NCBI RefSeq assembly: GCF_006345805.1
Contig: NC_043006.1
Span: 22,940,001 to 23,004,000 of the forward strand
Reading direction: 5' to 3'
Length of the DNA: 64,000 nucleotides
Origin: Octopus sinensis
Lineage: Eukaryota
Shown: piece after piece, positions 63,198 to 64,000 of the stretch
Layout: the number at the start of each line of letters is the position of its first letter
Position numbering within the stretch: the stretch's first letter is position 1
Notes under the pieces: model-generated
Database searches by the model: none
What the model was told of the DNA's origin: nothing
What the model saw: the letters and a program-made list of their open reading frames with translations, nothing else
Translations under genes and position numbers: made by a program

Positions 63198-63540
63198 TAC
63201 GGGTACCGAACCTCTTATCCGGAATCCAGAAATCTGGAATTACCAGAAATCTGGCTATTTTTGAAATTGGCTAGCTTTGAATTTCGTGGACTGTAGTAGT
63301 TTGCCATGTGGTTGCTTTGCTTTGGTTTCCATGGCGTATGCGTCACATGATGCCACATCAAAGAGACCCTACTTTAGAAATTTATTAATTTGTATGTGTA
63401 ATACAATTTTGTGCTTTACTTTTCATTGTTTATTTTATATTTTTGGTATATATTTAACCTGTGTCCAGAAATCTAGAAAATTTGGAAATCCAGATCACCT
63501 TCAATCCCAAAGTCGACAGAGAAGGGGTTTAGTACCTGTA
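63198..63540. mobile_element. Tc1/mariner-type MITE between two inverted PLE-like tails
   Basis: TA-CGGGTAC...GTACCTG-TA termini; flanks 63076-63189 and 63538-63655 are inverted copies. Confidence 0.6.
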
Positions 63541-63675
63541 TTTGATTCTCTGCCTGAAGAACATCTTATAGGAGATATCTTACATGTTTCTCCTACATGT
63601 TCAATTGTGTGAGTCCTATTAGTAAATGAAACATGTGTAATGGTGAATATTATCAAAACATTTTTCTAATCTCCA

Positions 63676-64000
63676 GCTGTGTGGTAAGAAGCATGCTTCA
63701 CAACCATAGTTCCAGGTTCAGTCCCACTGCATGGCACCTTGGCCAAGTGTCTTCTACTATAGCCTTAGGCCAACCAATGCCTTATGACGGAAACTGAAAG
63801 AAGCCCATCAAATATATATGTGTGCGTGCATGTGTGTGTGCATGTGTGTGTATGTGTGTGTGTGTGTATGTGTGTGTGTGTATGTGTGTGTATATATATC
63901 TGTGTGTGTGTATATATCTGTGTGTGTGTCTTTACGTTTGTGTCTGTTCCCCACCCCCACCATCACCGCTTCACAGCTGGTGTTATATCCCTATAACTTA
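63676..64000 (+). mobile_element. SINE family A (runs off the window)
   Basis: GCTGTGTGGTAAGAAGC...GGTTCAGTCCCACTGC. Confidence 0.75.

Overview
This is repeat-dense animal genomic DNA, most likely an octopus or other coleoid cephalopod (inferred from the GC-rich, expanded 28S rRNA, the tRNA-SINE, Penelope, mariner and hAT content, and the abundant (TA)n/(CA)n). No convincing host protein-coding exon was found. The centrepiece is an ~11.1-kb displaced rDNA fragment (7873-19000) containing the 3' half of 28S, the 3' ETS, a complete IGS with four spacer-promoter-like modules, a gene-promoter-like module and the start of the 5' ETS. It interrupts one arm of a head-to-head Penelope-like (PLE) inverted repeat whose two arms each carry a minimal hammerhead ribozyme. 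The 28S copy holds an 1813-bp insert exactly at the R2 retrotransposon target site (8690-10502) that has no R2 ORF. Folded by eye, the insert contains an HDV-like ribozyme whose P1 pairs with the upstream 28S sequence, a duplicated covarying hairpin module, and a perfect four-way junction presenting two long oligo(U) loops. It is a candidate for an undescribed non-autonomous, ribozyme-released structured RNA element that parasitises R2. The rest of the window is a mosaic of LINE, PLE, mariner, hAT, Helitron, MITE and SINE copies and microsatellites. All folds and alignments were done manually.
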